A DNA stretch of 64,000 nt, from assembly GCA_963753185.1 (NCBI GenBank), contig CAVWBO010000007.1, positions 1,537,140-1,601,139 on the forward strand, written 5' to 3'. The position numbers and the translations under genes are program-made. Origin of the DNA: an uncultured Acidimicrobiia bacterium. Lineage in GTDB: Bacteria; Actinomycetota; Acidimicrobiia; Spongiisociales; UBA5794. Under the pieces are notes generated by a model. It saw only the letters and a list, made by a program, of their open reading frames with translations, did no database searches and was not told the origin of the DNA. Positions 38,753 to 48,554 of the stretch are shown here, one piece after another (position 1 is the stretch's first letter; each line of letters begins with the position of its first letter).

Positions 38753-40366
38753 TCAATCCTCGAGCCGATCGAGTTGCGGTATGGGGTGGACCGGCGTCGC
38801 AAGGCATCCGGTGACGGACACGAGCGTCGTGCCCGACGCCGTCAGCCACTTCCACAAGAGGACGGCCTCGTCCCCCTCGACGATGCTCGACCCCGGATAC
38901 GCCTCCTCGAGGCGCCCGTCCGCATGGGATTCGAGCGAGTGGGCCCAACCGCCATCGGTTCGAACATCGATCATGCGCCCGCGTTCGATGCGGATCGTCG
39001 CCGTGCCCTCCCGCGCCACGATGGTCCCGGCGTCGGTGAGCGCCTGCTGGATGCGTGAACGCTCGAGGACCCGCGCCAGTGTGCTCCAGCCGTCCCTGCA
39101 TCGGGCGGCCTCCTCGAACCGACCGTGCTCGACCAGCGCGCCGAGCCTGCGCCGAATGGCCTCGAGCAGGGTCGTCGGATGTGTGAGGCCGGTGCACAGC
39201 TCTTCGACAACGGCCGCGTAGTCGGCATCGGTCGTCTCGTCGTCATGGGGACACATCGCGACGCCGAGCTGGGCATAGTGGCAGCCGGATCCGGCACGCG
39301 TGCAGCGGCGGATCCTCGATGCGTCCCACAGCGTGTGAACGACCGCCTCTGCCTGCTGTCTGCTGCGAAGCGGTCCGAGATCGGTGATGCCACGCGATGG
39401 TGACCGCGTGATCGCCAGGCGTGGATGGCGCTCGCGCGTGAGCGTGACCCAATGAAGGGATCGCGGCTCCTTGGAACGCCGGTTGTAGCGTGGCGACTCC
39501 GACGCGATGAGTCGGAGCTCGATGACGGCAGCCTCGATCTCGTTCGCGGTGGTGAGGTGGTCGATCCGACGCAGGTCCCGCAACATCGCGTCGATCGAGC
39601 GGCGATGGTCGCCTGCGAAGTACGACCGCACCCTGGCCCTCAGGTTCGTCGCCTTGCCGACGTAGATGGCAGCATCGGTGCGATCCCGGAATATGTACAC
39701 GCCGGGGCCACGAGGCAGGTGCTCGGTGAGCGAGAGCTTGCCGATCGCCCTCGCACCCTTGATCGTCGGGAGCGCCAGGAGGTCGTCGAGATGGGTCACA
39801 CCGATCGAGCCTGCACGCTCGAGGAGGGCCCAGAAGACGTGCGCGGTGGCCTGTGCATCGTCAAAGGCGCGATGGTTGGGCGATATCGGCGAACCGAGGT
39901 GGGCCGCGAGGCTCGAGAGGCGCAGGCTTCGGACCTCGGAGCCGAGGAGGCGCCTCGCGAGTCGCAAAGTGTCCGCCGATCGATTCGGCAGTCGTCCATA
40001 GCCGAGCCTCAGCGATGCCGCGTTCAGGAAGCTGATGTCGAATCGGACGTTGTGTCCGACCACGACGGCACCCGAGAGGAACTCGAGGAACGAGGGGAGG
40101 ACCTCCTCGATCGTGGGGGCGGTGATCACCATTGCCTGGGTGATCCCCGTCATCACCGTCACCGTCGGCGGAATCGGGGACCGCGGATTCACGAGCGTAT
40201 GGAACCGGCCGGTCTCGACACCTCCCTCGTAGCGGATCGCACCGATCTCTGTGATCGCGCAGGTGTCCGGTGCCACACCCGTCGTCTCGAGATCGAGGAC
40301 GCAGAACGGCACGTCTGCGAGGGACACACCCATGTCGGAGAACGATCTCTGGCCAAGCAGCGTCAT
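38753..40366 (-). CDS. DnaQ-like DEDDh 3'-5' exonuclease fused to a GIY-YIG (UvrC/Cho-like) nuclease domain
   Basis: The exonuclease motifs are FCVLDLETTG, GHNVRFD and HRAFDDAQA. The GIY-YIG motifs are GVYIFRD and IYVGKATNLRAR. The architecture resembles Mtb Rv2191. Confidence 0.75.
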   Translation of the reverse strand: MTLLGQRSFSDMGVSLADVPFCVLDLETTGVAPDTCAITEIGAIRYEGGVETGRFHTLVNPRSPIPPTVTVMTGITQAMVITAPTIEEVLPSFLEFLSGAVVVGHNVRFDISFLNAASLRLGYGRLPNRSADTLRLARRLLGSEVRSLRLSSLAAHLGSPISPNHRAFDDAQATAHVFWALLERAGSIGVTHLDDLLALPTIKGARAIGKLSLTEHLPRGPGVYIFRDRTDAAIYVGKATNLRARVRSYFAGDHRRSIDAMLRDLRRIDHLTTANEIEAAVIELRLIASESPRYNRRSKEPRSLHWVTLTRERHPRLAITRSPSRGITDLGPLRSRQQAEAVVHTLWDASRIRRCTRAGSGCHYAQLGVAMCPHDDETTDADYAAVVEELCTGLTHPTTLLEAIRRRLGALVEHGRFEEAARCRDGWSTLARVLERSRIQQALTDAGTIVAREGTATIRIERGRMIDVRTDGGWAHSLESHADGRLEEAYPGSSIVEGDEAVLLWKWLTASGTTLVSVTGCLATPVHPIPQLDRLED

Positions 40367-40444
40367 AGCCCCATCGTAACCGAACACATGTTCGATACAA
40401 CGACCGGCAGGATGATCGATCGGCGGGTCGCCTACATTTCCTGT

Positions 40445-40942
40445 ATGCGATTCGACGGTCAGGTCTGGTTCGACTTCACGGAGCCTGCCGTGTGGCAGTT
40501 CTATCGATTCGTCCGTGCCCTCGCAGAAGAAGGCCACGAGGTGGCGCTCGAGTGGAAGCCGTTGCCCAGGGTCGGCGAGGAATCCATCGCATCGACATTC
40601 CTCGGCCTGCAGGAGCCGCGCGAGCGCGGTCGGTTCCTCCACGCCGCACTCGGGCTCATCCACGGGGAACACGAGGACCCGACGGCGAGCTCGACCGTGG
40701 AAGCGGCGCTGACCGCCGCAGGACTCAACACGGTCACCGTCGCGCAAGCGGATCGTCTCGATGCACTCCGTGCCGAGGCGAGCGACCTCGGCGTGATCGA
40801 TGTCCCCACCATGTATCGGCACGGTCCCGTGGTCAGGATCGACCTGAACCCGGCGGCGACGAGGGGGAACGTCGCACTCCGAGCCGGGACCATCCTCCGT
40901 ATGCTCGACGATGACGGGATCTGGGGACTCACGAAACCATGA
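40445..40942 (+). CDS. DsbA-like thioredoxin-fold protein lacking the CxxC active site
   Basis: It is FrnE/DsbA-like but has FDFTEPAVWQFYRF in place of CPxC. Upstream Met codons at 40388 and 40412 are alternative starts. Confidence 0.5.
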   Translation: MRFDGQVWFDFTEPAVWQFYRFVRALAEEGHEVALEWKPLPRVGEESIASTFLGLQEPRERGRFLHAALGLIHGEHEDPTASSTVEAALTAAGLNTVTVAQADRLDALRAEASDLGVIDVPTMYRHGPVVRIDLNPAATRGNVALRAGTILRMLDDDGIWGLTKP

Positions 40943-41145
40943 CGACATACCGATGCGCCGCGTGCGGCAACAAGACCCGCTTCGACGTATTCGACACGGT
41001 CCGGAGGCGAAGGTTCGAGCACGCCGACCTCTCCGGCGCAGTGACGGTCGACGAGGAGGAGATCCTCGAGCGCCTCATCGAGCGTGTCGTGTGTAGGTGG
41101 TGTGATCGCTCGGACACCATCGAGGTCGATCAGGCGGAGCGCTGA
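40939..41145 (+). CDS. Small zinc-ribbon protein
   Basis: It has a CAACGNK...CRWC Cys4 ribbon and is 68 aa. It has an ATGA overlap with the upstream gene. Confidence 0.45.
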   Translation: MTTYRCAACGNKTRFDVFDTVRRRRFEHADLSGAVTVDEEEILERLIERVVCRWCDRSDTIEVDQAER

Positions 41146-41888
41146 CGAACCGCCTCCGCGAGGGCGATCGCCGCGGTCACCGAAGCATTGAACGAGTCGG
41201 CCGAGCCGACCATCGGGACCCTGAAGTCGGATCCTGAAGCGATCCACTCGGGGTCGACGCCAAGGTGCTCGCTCCCGATGACGATCGAGACGTCACTGCG
41301 CAGGTCGAGGTCCCACAACGCCACCCTCGCTGTCGGGGTCGCCACGACGATCGAGCCGTGGCTTCTGCACCACGCCGTGACCTGCCGACGCGTGCCGACG
41401 CCGGTCGGGAAGGCGAACAATGAACCCTGGGCCGATCGGACGACATTCGGATTCACGAGGTCGGTGCCCAGATCCGATCCGATGAATGCGGCACCGAGAC
41501 CGTCTGCCGTTCGCAGCATGGCGCCAATGTTCCCCGGTTTCTCGATGCCGTCACCGACGAGGATGAGTGCGGGCCGTTGAACGGTCAAGGATGTGATGCT
41601 GTGATCGGGCGTCCTCATCACGGCTGCGATGCCGTCGGGGTTCTGGCGTGCGGAGAGCGTGTCGAACACGCGCGGTGACACCGTCACGATGTTCGGAAGG
41701 TCGACGGGCATGCGGTCGACACGGACGATGCTCGTGACGACTTCCAACCGCTCCGCCATCGTGAACGTCTCGCGCTCTCCCTCGACGAGGAACGTCCCTG
41801 TCGCGTCGCGTTCACTGCGCGCTCGCAGCGAACGCCATCCCTTGACCTGGGCGTTGTTGGGGCTCGTGATCTGCCCGTCGGTCACCAT
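41130..41888 (-). CDS. TrmH/SpoU-family RNA 2'-O-methyltransferase
   Basis: It has a SPOUT fold with the motifs GDGIEKPGNIGAMLRTADGLG and IGSEHLGV. Confidence 0.75.
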   Translation of the reverse strand: MVTDGQITSPNNAQVKGWRSLRARSERDATGTFLVEGERETFTMAERLEVVTSIVRVDRMPVDLPNIVTVSPRVFDTLSARQNPDGIAAVMRTPDHSITSLTVQRPALILVGDGIEKPGNIGAMLRTADGLGAAFIGSDLGTDLVNPNVVRSAQGSLFAFPTGVGTRRQVTAWCRSHGSIVVATPTARVALWDLDLRSDVSIVIGSEHLGVDPEWIASGSDFRVPMVGSADSFNASVTAAIALAEAVRQRSA

Positions 41889-44176
41889 CCGCCGCCTCCG
41901 CCCCCGGAGAACCCGCCACCGCCCGAGAACCCGCCGAAGCCGCCCATCGATCCCGTTGGCGTTCCCCACGTGCCGGTGTCCCACGATCCTCCACCGGCCG
42001 ATCCGAATCCCCTCCCTCCGTCCCACCAGCCGGAACCCCCGTCGTTCCAGGATCGGGATCGGTACAAGCCGTCCCACCCGGTACCTCCGCCGGCGCCGCC
42101 GAGGGCCGCCCAGTGCAGGAACAGGAACGTGAACGGATCGAAGTCGACCCTGGACGTCGAGAGTGGGCGATCGGTCCACGAGTCGCGTTGGCGCGACGTG
42201 CCGGCGTGGGCGAGCTCGGGGGCGTACCGCGTGAGGTCACCGAGATGAGCATGTTCGAGGGCGCTGCGCTGAGCTGCGTAGGCGAGGGCGAAGACCCTCG
42301 GTCCCCTCGGATCCGATGCCCCGAATGCCGCTGCAACGTCCGCATAGGAGCCGACGAGGCCGAGGGATGCGAGCGCAGTCCTGCTCTCTCGCCATCTCGC
42401 GACCGCTACCGCAGGCTCGAGCGACACGGCGAGGATCCCTGCGATCACACGAACGTCCGCTGCGTCCGCGTGCTGTGAGATCTCGTCGAGGAGGCGTCGA
42501 TACACGTCGGGTCCGTCGTCTCGCCGCTCCCGCAGCGCCACGGCGACGGCGATCGGGATGCCGAGCCCATCTGCGACCTCCCTGACCGATCGGAGTTCGG
42601 CATCGCTTGACAGTCCGGCCATCACCGCTTCGAGTGCGACGGCAGGCTCCACGGCGTCGGCGAGTTCACTGTATGTGGACACGAAAGTGTCGATCGCGTC
42701 CGCCGAGTTGTTGACCAGCAGGAGGGCGGCAACAGCTGGCAGGGAGAGCCCGTCATCGACGAGGGCAGCGCCGACGCGCTCGAGGTGGCTCAGCGTCGAT
42801 GTGAATCGGCTGAGGGACTCTTCCGGGCTGTCACCGAGATCGGCGAGTGCGATCGAGGCGATGTCCCTTGTCGGTGACTCGTCGAGAGATGAGCGGATCA
42901 TGATGACCCGTTCGGTCTTCGCCGAGGCGATGTCGCTCGCGGACACGACATCGTCGACCGTCGTGCGGATCACCTGTGCTGGATCGAGGACCGGGGCCGA
43001 GGACATGAGGAGGTGCCCGAGGGGCTCCACGGTGACCGCCCCGATGGGTGTGTCGACCAATCCTTCGATCAGGGCATCCGCTGCCCGACGGCGTGCGGCT
43101 CCGACGCGATGGGGTCGGAGCGCCTGCACGACATGCCTGACGTCCTCGAGCGCGACCTCGAAGGCTTCGCCATTCCGGGGCTCGATCGCCATGGCATGGG
43201 CGACCGACCCATCGAGCCCCGACTCGAGAATTGGCCGTTCGCCGCTCGCGCGCAGGTCCATCGGCACACGTGTCGCATCCCTCAGCGCATCCACGTCGAC
43301 GGCGGTTATCGCTTCCAGGGCTGCGAGGGCGGTGAGGGCTTCCCCGTCGGTCGCCTTCGCCCTGTTCGCCCGAATGTCGAAGAGGGCTTGGATGGCGAGC
43401 GAGGTCGGAACGGTTCCATCGCTGGTGAACCCGATGGCGTGGTGGCGCGCGAGCGCGAGATCGTCGCCGCTCGGCTCGAGCCCGACGAGCACGGCGTCGA
43501 TGCGGCGGCTTCGACCTGCCATCACGGCTGCGGCGCGGGCCCTACGCGTGACCACGACGGATCCGACGCCGAAGATGACGCCGGGTACGAGGAACACGCC
43601 GAGAACCACCAGTCCGATCGGGAGCGACGAGCCTTCGTCTGCCGCATCGAGGCCGTCGGGTATCGAATCCCCGGAGAGCACCTGGTCGACCGCACCGATG
43701 ATCGCCAGCACACCGGCTTCGAAGTCGCCCGCACCGAAGAACGTGCGTCCGGTGTTGGCCACGGCGCGGCCCGGAAGCTGCACGCCTTCCTGCGTGACGA
43801 CCTCCGTTCGGCGCTCGTCGATGGCGACAAGGACCAGGATGCCGTTCTGTTCGCTCGGATCCCCGACACCCCACTCGTTGGCGAGATTGGCTGCGAACTC
43901 CTCGGGATCCTCACCCCTGGTCGACGACGCGATGACCACGGCGAAGGGATTGCCGTGCGTCGCGGTCACCCGCTCGATCGCGGCAGCGACGCGGTCGGGG
44001 TCCTCGACCACGTCCGGCTCATCGGTGAACAGACCCTCGCACACGAGGCCGCGATAGGTGCCACATTCCACGTCCTGGGCCACCGCGGGACCCAGGGTGG
44101 ATACTCCCACGACCGTGATGGCGAGCAAGGCGCTCCATGTGATCACGCATCGGCGCGACCGCACGACCGCCGACAT
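41882..44176 (-). CDS. TPM (TLP18.3/Psb32/MOLO-1) domain membrane protein with a long Ala-rich central region and a glycine-rich C-terminal tail
   Basis: It has a signal peptide, a TPM core (GILVLVAIDERRTEVVTQEGVQ), a TM helix and a central region of about 450 aa. It ends in GGFGGFSGGGGFSGGGGGGW. Confidence 0.6.
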   Translation of the reverse strand: MSAVVRSRRCVITWSALLAITVVGVSTLGPAVAQDVECGTYRGLVCEGLFTDEPDVVEDPDRVAAAIERVTATHGNPFAVVIASSTRGEDPEEFAANLANEWGVGDPSEQNGILVLVAIDERRTEVVTQEGVQLPGRAVANTGRTFFGAGDFEAGVLAIIGAVDQVLSGDSIPDGLDAADEGSSLPIGLVVLGVFLVPGVIFGVGSVVVTRRARAAAVMAGRSRRIDAVLVGLEPSGDDLALARHHAIGFTSDGTVPTSLAIQALFDIRANRAKATDGEALTALAALEAITAVDVDALRDATRVPMDLRASGERPILESGLDGSVAHAMAIEPRNGEAFEVALEDVRHVVQALRPHRVGAARRRAADALIEGLVDTPIGAVTVEPLGHLLMSSAPVLDPAQVIRTTVDDVVSASDIASAKTERVIMIRSSLDESPTRDIASIALADLGDSPEESLSRFTSTLSHLERVGAALVDDGLSLPAVAALLLVNNSADAIDTFVSTYSELADAVEPAVALEAVMAGLSSDAELRSVREVADGLGIPIAVAVALRERRDDGPDVYRRLLDEISQHADAADVRVIAGILAVSLEPAVAVARWRESRTALASLGLVGSYADVAAAFGASDPRGPRVFALAYAAQRSALEHAHLGDLTRYAPELAHAGTSRQRDSWTDRPLSTSRVDFDPFTFLFLHWAALGGAGGGTGWDGLYRSRSWNDGGSGWWDGGRGFGSAGGGSWDTGTWGTPTGSMGGFGGFSGGGGFSGGGGGGW

Positions 44177-45105
44177 CAGGACGCGCCGAAGCGGAGAGGT
44201 ATGTCGGTCGGCCGGTAGAAGCCGGGGCTCAGGCTGTGCATGTGCCGAAGCGCGGTCACGACGTGCGCCGCTGTGCCTTCGTCGACCGGATAACCACCAG
44301 GGAACTCGTTCACGATCATCGGATCGCCGTCGATTCGAATCCGGTCGACCTCGTCGGTGACGCCCCATGCCATATGAAGGTCAAGGAGGATCTCGCGCTG
44401 GCCGCCCGCCGCCAAACGTGCGGAGTGACTCGCTCCGATGATCGTTCCGTCGACGATCACGGGAACGACCGAGACCGTTACATCGTGATATGGCCATTCC
44501 AGGCCGCGAGCGATGAGCCTGGCGCTCGAGTCGAGACCCTTGTGCCCGACCCTGCCAGAAGCGATGCCCTCGGCGAACTGCTCAGCGGTGAGGCCGCGTC
44601 CAGACTTGGCGACGAGCGACGGTCGCCGTGTCGACGTGTCCATGCGACGCTCCACCCGGATCCTGGTGATGCCGCGCGTCGCTCCTGCCAGCAGGAGTGG
44701 CAGGCGGTCCATGACGAACCCCGGATTCGCCCCTGTCACGATGATCGTTCGGCCGTCCGATCGAGCGGATGTGTGCATTGCGTCCCAGATGTGGCGGGGA
44801 GCCCAAGCGAGGCCCTCGCACGTCGTGACCACGTTGTATCCGGCCGATACGAGGCGGATCACGTCTGGTGCGACCTTCTCGGCGGCCGACGCGAACGCGA
44901 CCAATGCCGCGTCACCCTCCCCGGCCCTCGGGAGGTCAACGGTCGATGCATATCCGGGTGCACCGGTCGCCGCGACCAGTTCGCTTCGAGCCCTGGCGTC
45001 CGGATCGACGACGGCCGCGATGCGATCGACGGCGCCGTCTGCCAGCGCGCCTTGCGCCACCCAGGTACCGATCGGCCCTGCTCCAACGATCACCAGTCCT
45101 GCCAT
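44176..45105 (-). CDS. DapB-like NAD(P)-binding oxidoreductase (dihydrodipicolinate reductase / amine dehydrogenase family)
   Basis: It has a Rossmann N-terminus (GLVIVGAGPIG) and a DapB-like C-terminal domain. Confidence 0.6.
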   Translation of the reverse strand: MAGLVIVGAGPIGTWVAQGALADGAVDRIAAVVDPDARARSELVAATGAPGYASTVDLPRAGEGDAALVAFASAAEKVAPDVIRLVSAGYNVVTTCEGLAWAPRHIWDAMHTSARSDGRTIIVTGANPGFVMDRLPLLLAGATRGITRIRVERRMDTSTRRPSLVAKSGRGLTAEQFAEGIASGRVGHKGLDSSARLIARGLEWPYHDVTVSVVPVIVDGTIIGASHSARLAAGGQREILLDLHMAWGVTDEVDRIRIDGDPMIVNEFPGGYPVDEGTAAHVVTALRHMHSLSPGFYRPTDIPLRFGAS

Positions 45106-45182
45106 GCACCTGATGTTGGTCGCTCGGCGATCACTAACCAAACAGCGGGTACACAGCCCGGAGACATTGCTACGGTCGAGCG

Positions 45183-46058
45183 ATGATCGAGCGACGGTTT
45201 CCGGTGGATGGACCCTTCGACCTCGCGGCGACGACGCGGGCGCTCGGTGTCGGAACCCGCGACCGTTCCGGACGGTGGTGGTGGGTGGTCGCCGACGATG
45301 AGGGTGCCTCGACGTTGTCGATCGAGCATGTGGCAGATGGCATCGCAGCTGCTGCGTGGGGACACCACCCACAGGGTCTGATCGGGAGGGTTCCCGAGCT
45401 CCTCGGGTTGGATGATCGCCAACGGGTCGACTTCCGCGGAACGCCCGCGGAGCGGTTCCTGGTCAGGCTCCAAGGACTGCGATTGGGCGCGACGAGGGAC
45501 GTCCATGGTGCACTCGTCAGGTCCATTCTCGGACAGGTCGTGACGACGGCGGAGGCGGGCGCATCGCTTCGGTCGATGGTGCGACGTTGGGGGGAGCCAG
45601 GGCCCGGTCCGGGGAGTGATCTGCGATCCATCCCCGTGCCGTCCCGCATTGCGGCGCTGGGCTACGGCGACCTCCACGAGTGCGGAATCGAGAGGAGGCG
45701 CGCGGAAGTTCTGATCGAGGTGTCGAGGCGGGCACGACGCCTCGCGGAGATCGCCGACATGACACCTGTCGATGCCCGTCGTCGGTTGCTGGGCGTCAAG
45801 GGAATCGGCCCGTGGACAGCGGAGCTCGTCATCGGATCGGCGCTCGGCGATGCCGATGCCGTACCCGTTGGCGACTACCACCTGCCGAACACGGTCGCGT
45901 ACGCCCTGGCCGGCGAACCCCGTGGGGACGACGCACTCATGCTCGAGCTCCTCGAGCAATACCGTCCCGAGAGGCGCAGGGTCGTCGTTGCGATCCTCCA
46001 ATCGGGTGTCCGAGCCCCGAAGTACGGGCCCCGAACACCTGTGAGGCGCCACATCTGA
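45183..46058 (+). CDS. HhH-GPD DNA glycosylase (AlkA / 3-methyladenine glycosylase II-like)
   Basis: It has a helix-hairpin-helix motif (LLGVKGIGPWTAELV) with a catalytic Asp downstream. Confidence 0.7.
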   Translation: MIERRFPVDGPFDLAATTRALGVGTRDRSGRWWWVVADDEGASTLSIEHVADGIAAAAWGHHPQGLIGRVPELLGLDDRQRVDFRGTPAERFLVRLQGLRLGATRDVHGALVRSILGQVVTTAEAGASLRSMVRRWGEPGPGPGSDLRSIPVPSRIAALGYGDLHECGIERRRAEVLIEVSRRARRLAEIADMTPVDARRRLLGVKGIGPWTAELVIGSALGDADAVPVGDYHLPNTVAYALAGEPRGDDALMLELLEQYRPERRRVVVAILQSGVRAPKYGPRTPVRRHI

Positions 46059-46075
46059 CGGTCATGTCGATCGGC

Positions 46076-47302
46076 TCAGGTGACGCCCCGTGCCGCCCCG
46101 TGCTGCTCGAATGACCCCGTGTCGAGTACCGCGGTCAGCCTTTCGACAGCATCGAGGACCTGGCGATGGCTGTTGAAGAGTGGTGCAAAGCCGAACCTGA
46201 TGATGTCGGGCGCCCTGAAGTCCACGATCACACCCTCGGCGCGCAGGGCCCTGGACACCCCGTATCCATCTTGGTGTCGCAGTGCGATGTGGGATCCCCT
46301 GCGACTTCGGTCAGGTGGGCCGACGATTCCGATCGATCCTGCTTGCACCAGCGGAGCCACGGCATCGATGAAGAGGTCCGACATCGCGAGGCTCTTGGCG
46401 CGGATCCGGGGGATGCCGGCTTCCGCCGTGACCTCGATCCCGACGACGGTCGCAGCCATCGAGACGACGGGTGGCGTGCCCACCAGGAAGCGCCCGATCG
46501 ACGGAGCGGGGGCGAATCGCGGTTCGAATGCGAACATGTCGACATGGCCGAACCAACCCGTGATCGGCTGGACGAGTTCACCCTGGAGGTCTCGGCGCAC
46601 GTAGAGGAATCCGGGAGATCCGGGACCACCGTTGAGGTACTTGTAGGTGCATCCAACGGCGAGGTCGGCTCCCCAGTCGTGCAGGTCCACGATCGTCGCC
46701 CCCGCCGAGTGGGCGAGGTCCCACAGCATCCGCGAGCCGTTTCGATGGGCAAGGGCCGTGACCGCGGATCCGTCGTGCATGAACCCCGATCGGTATCCGA
46801 CGTGGGTCAACGCGACCAGCGCGACGCGGTCGTCGAGTGAGCTCGCGATCTGACTCGGGGTCGGGTCCTCTGGGATGACGATGAGCTCCCCGCCATTGGC
46901 GGTTGCCACGGACGACAAGATGTACAGGTCCGACGGGAAGTTCCCCGCGTCGGTGACGATGTTCGGGCGATCGGTCGCGTCGAGCGCCGCGGATGCAAGC
47001 TTGTACAGGTTCACGGATGTCTGGTCCGCCACCGCGACCTCGCCCTGCCGCGCGCCGATGATCGGTGCGAGGAGATCCCCCAGCCTTGTCCCTATGTCGA
47101 TCCATCGGTCCCAGCCCATGACGAGGTCCCTCGCCCACTCGTCCATGATGGTTCCGACACGGTCTCGAGCGGCCAACGGCATCGGCCCGAGGGAGTTCCC
47201 GTCGAGGTAGACGAGATCGTCAGCGAGGTCGAAGCGTTCCCGGAAGGAGGCGAGGGGGTCTTCGGCGTCGGCCAGACGCGCCCGATCCTCCAGGTCGCCC
47301 AC
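46076..47302 (-). CDS. kynU: Kynureninase
   Basis: It has a PLP fold type I core (LDGNSLGPMP ... DLAHSAGATIVDLHDWGADLAVGCTYKYLNGGPG). Confidence 0.8.
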   Translation of the reverse strand: MGDLEDRARLADAEDPLASFRERFDLADDLVYLDGNSLGPMPLAARDRVGTIMDEWARDLVMGWDRWIDIGTRLGDLLAPIIGARQGEVAVADQTSVNLYKLASAALDATDRPNIVTDAGNFPSDLYILSSVATANGGELIVIPEDPTPSQIASSLDDRVALVALTHVGYRSGFMHDGSAVTALAHRNGSRMLWDLAHSAGATIVDLHDWGADLAVGCTYKYLNGGPGSPGFLYVRRDLQGELVQPITGWFGHVDMFAFEPRFAPAPSIGRFLVGTPPVVSMAATVVGIEVTAEAGIPRIRAKSLAMSDLFIDAVAPLVQAGSIGIVGPPDRSRRGSHIALRHQDGYGVSRALRAEGVIVDFRAPDIIRFGFAPLFNSHRQVLDAVERLTAVLDTGSFEQHGAARGVT

Positions 47303-47304
47303 AG

Positions 47305-48453
47305 TCAGAACAGCTCGTAGGAGCCGTCGATGAGGCGGTCGGTGACGCCGCTCCAGTCTGCGAAGCAGTCGTGGACGATCTCCGTGACAGCGTCATCGTC
47401 AGCGGAACCCGAGACCTCGACGTGAACGGCCTGGGGCTCGGTGACGAGGTGCCCGATCGACGAGAGGAGCCGGATGGTGACTTCCTCGATCGAGGTCTCG
47501 GAGATCAACCGATCGGAGATGTCGGATCCGATCGCGTGGTAGGTCTTGCCAACGTGGGAAGCGGGGTTCTTGCCTGCTGCCGCCTCGAGGCTCATGGGTC
47601 GATAGGGCGTGATGAGGCCACCGAACCGATTCCCCCTCCCGACCTGTCCGTCGTCCCCGGCCTCGGCCGAGGTGCCGGTGAGGGTCAGGTACACGGACTC
47701 CTCCTGGTCGGCCTGGTTGACCCGCACCGTCACGGGTCGCCCCGCGATCGCAGATGCGATCGAGGTTGCGTCATCGCGCACGGTGTCCATGACTGCGTCG
47801 TACTGATCACGATCAGCCACGCTACGAGCCAGGACGGGGCAGGCGACCGTCACGGTGATGTCGTCTCCGATGCGAGCCCCCATGACCTTGATATCGCGCC
47901 CGACGGGAACCCGCTTGCGGTAGGACTCGTCGTTGAGGTGGACCTCGATCTCGTGGACGATCGACTCGAGAATGGAGCGGGGGAGCGACACCGCGGCGAA
48001 GGAGGTGTCGTTTGCGAGTGGCGCGACGGTCTCGGCGTGGACGACCGCAGCGAGGTCGACTGACGATCGATTCAGCCAGACCTCGACTTCGAACGCTTCT
48101 GGCGATGCATCCGGCAGGAGCTCGAGCAGGCGCTTGTGGTACCGATCTGCGAGCTCGTCGGTGTCAGGCTCCCAATCGAAACCGAACGCGGCCTTGCCCA
48201 CGAGCACGAGCTTCGAGGGCTTGACGTGGACACCGCCGCCAAACCCGATGTCGACGGCGCCCGCGGCGAGGATCGCCTTGTCGACGTTGAAGTGACGGAC
48301 GGCGCCCGTGTACTGCAGGTAGTCCCGAGCGAGCTGGCACGCCAACTCCTCGGCCAAGCGGTCGCAGATGGTGTCGGGATGGCCGGTTCCCTTGCGCTCG
48401 ACGAACTCGATCGGCGGGTTGTAGCGGTCGCGTCGTGTGATGGTCAGGCTCAT
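47305..48453 (-). CDS. Archaeal-type S-adenosylmethionine synthetase (MAT; AdoMet_Synthase family)
   Basis: The N-terminus (IEFVERKGTGHPDTICDRLAEE...FNVDKAIL...GFGGG) closely matches methanogen MAT (VERKGLGHPDSICDGIAE ... GGRAYPRFGGGE). It does not match bacterial MetK. It is 382 aa. Confidence 0.75.
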   Translation of the reverse strand: MSLTITRRDRYNPPIEFVERKGTGHPDTICDRLAEELACQLARDYLQYTGAVRHFNVDKAILAAGAVDIGFGGGVHVKPSKLVLVGKAAFGFDWEPDTDELADRYHKRLLELLPDASPEAFEVEVWLNRSSVDLAAVVHAETVAPLANDTSFAAVSLPRSILESIVHEIEVHLNDESYRKRVPVGRDIKVMGARIGDDITVTVACPVLARSVADRDQYDAVMDTVRDDATSIASAIAGRPVTVRVNQADQEESVYLTLTGTSAEAGDDGQVGRGNRFGGLITPYRPMSLEAAAGKNPASHVGKTYHAIGSDISDRLISETSIEEVTIRLLSSIGHLVTEPQAVHVEVSGSADDDAVTEIVHDCFADWSGVTDRLIDGSYELF

Positions 48454-48554
48454 GGATCATCCCGGGGAGGCGGTGCTGAGGTCGCTGATGGTAGCCACCA
48501 TCGGCGACGTCTCTTCGCCCATCGACCGCGACGTCGACGACGTACACTCGACCC

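Noticed and set aside
48454-48554. Possible SAM riboswitch in the MAT / trans-sulfuration divergent promoter
   Set aside because: The conserved SAM-I or SAM-IV sequence elements could not be recognised by eye. It is left as a check for Rfam and is not called.
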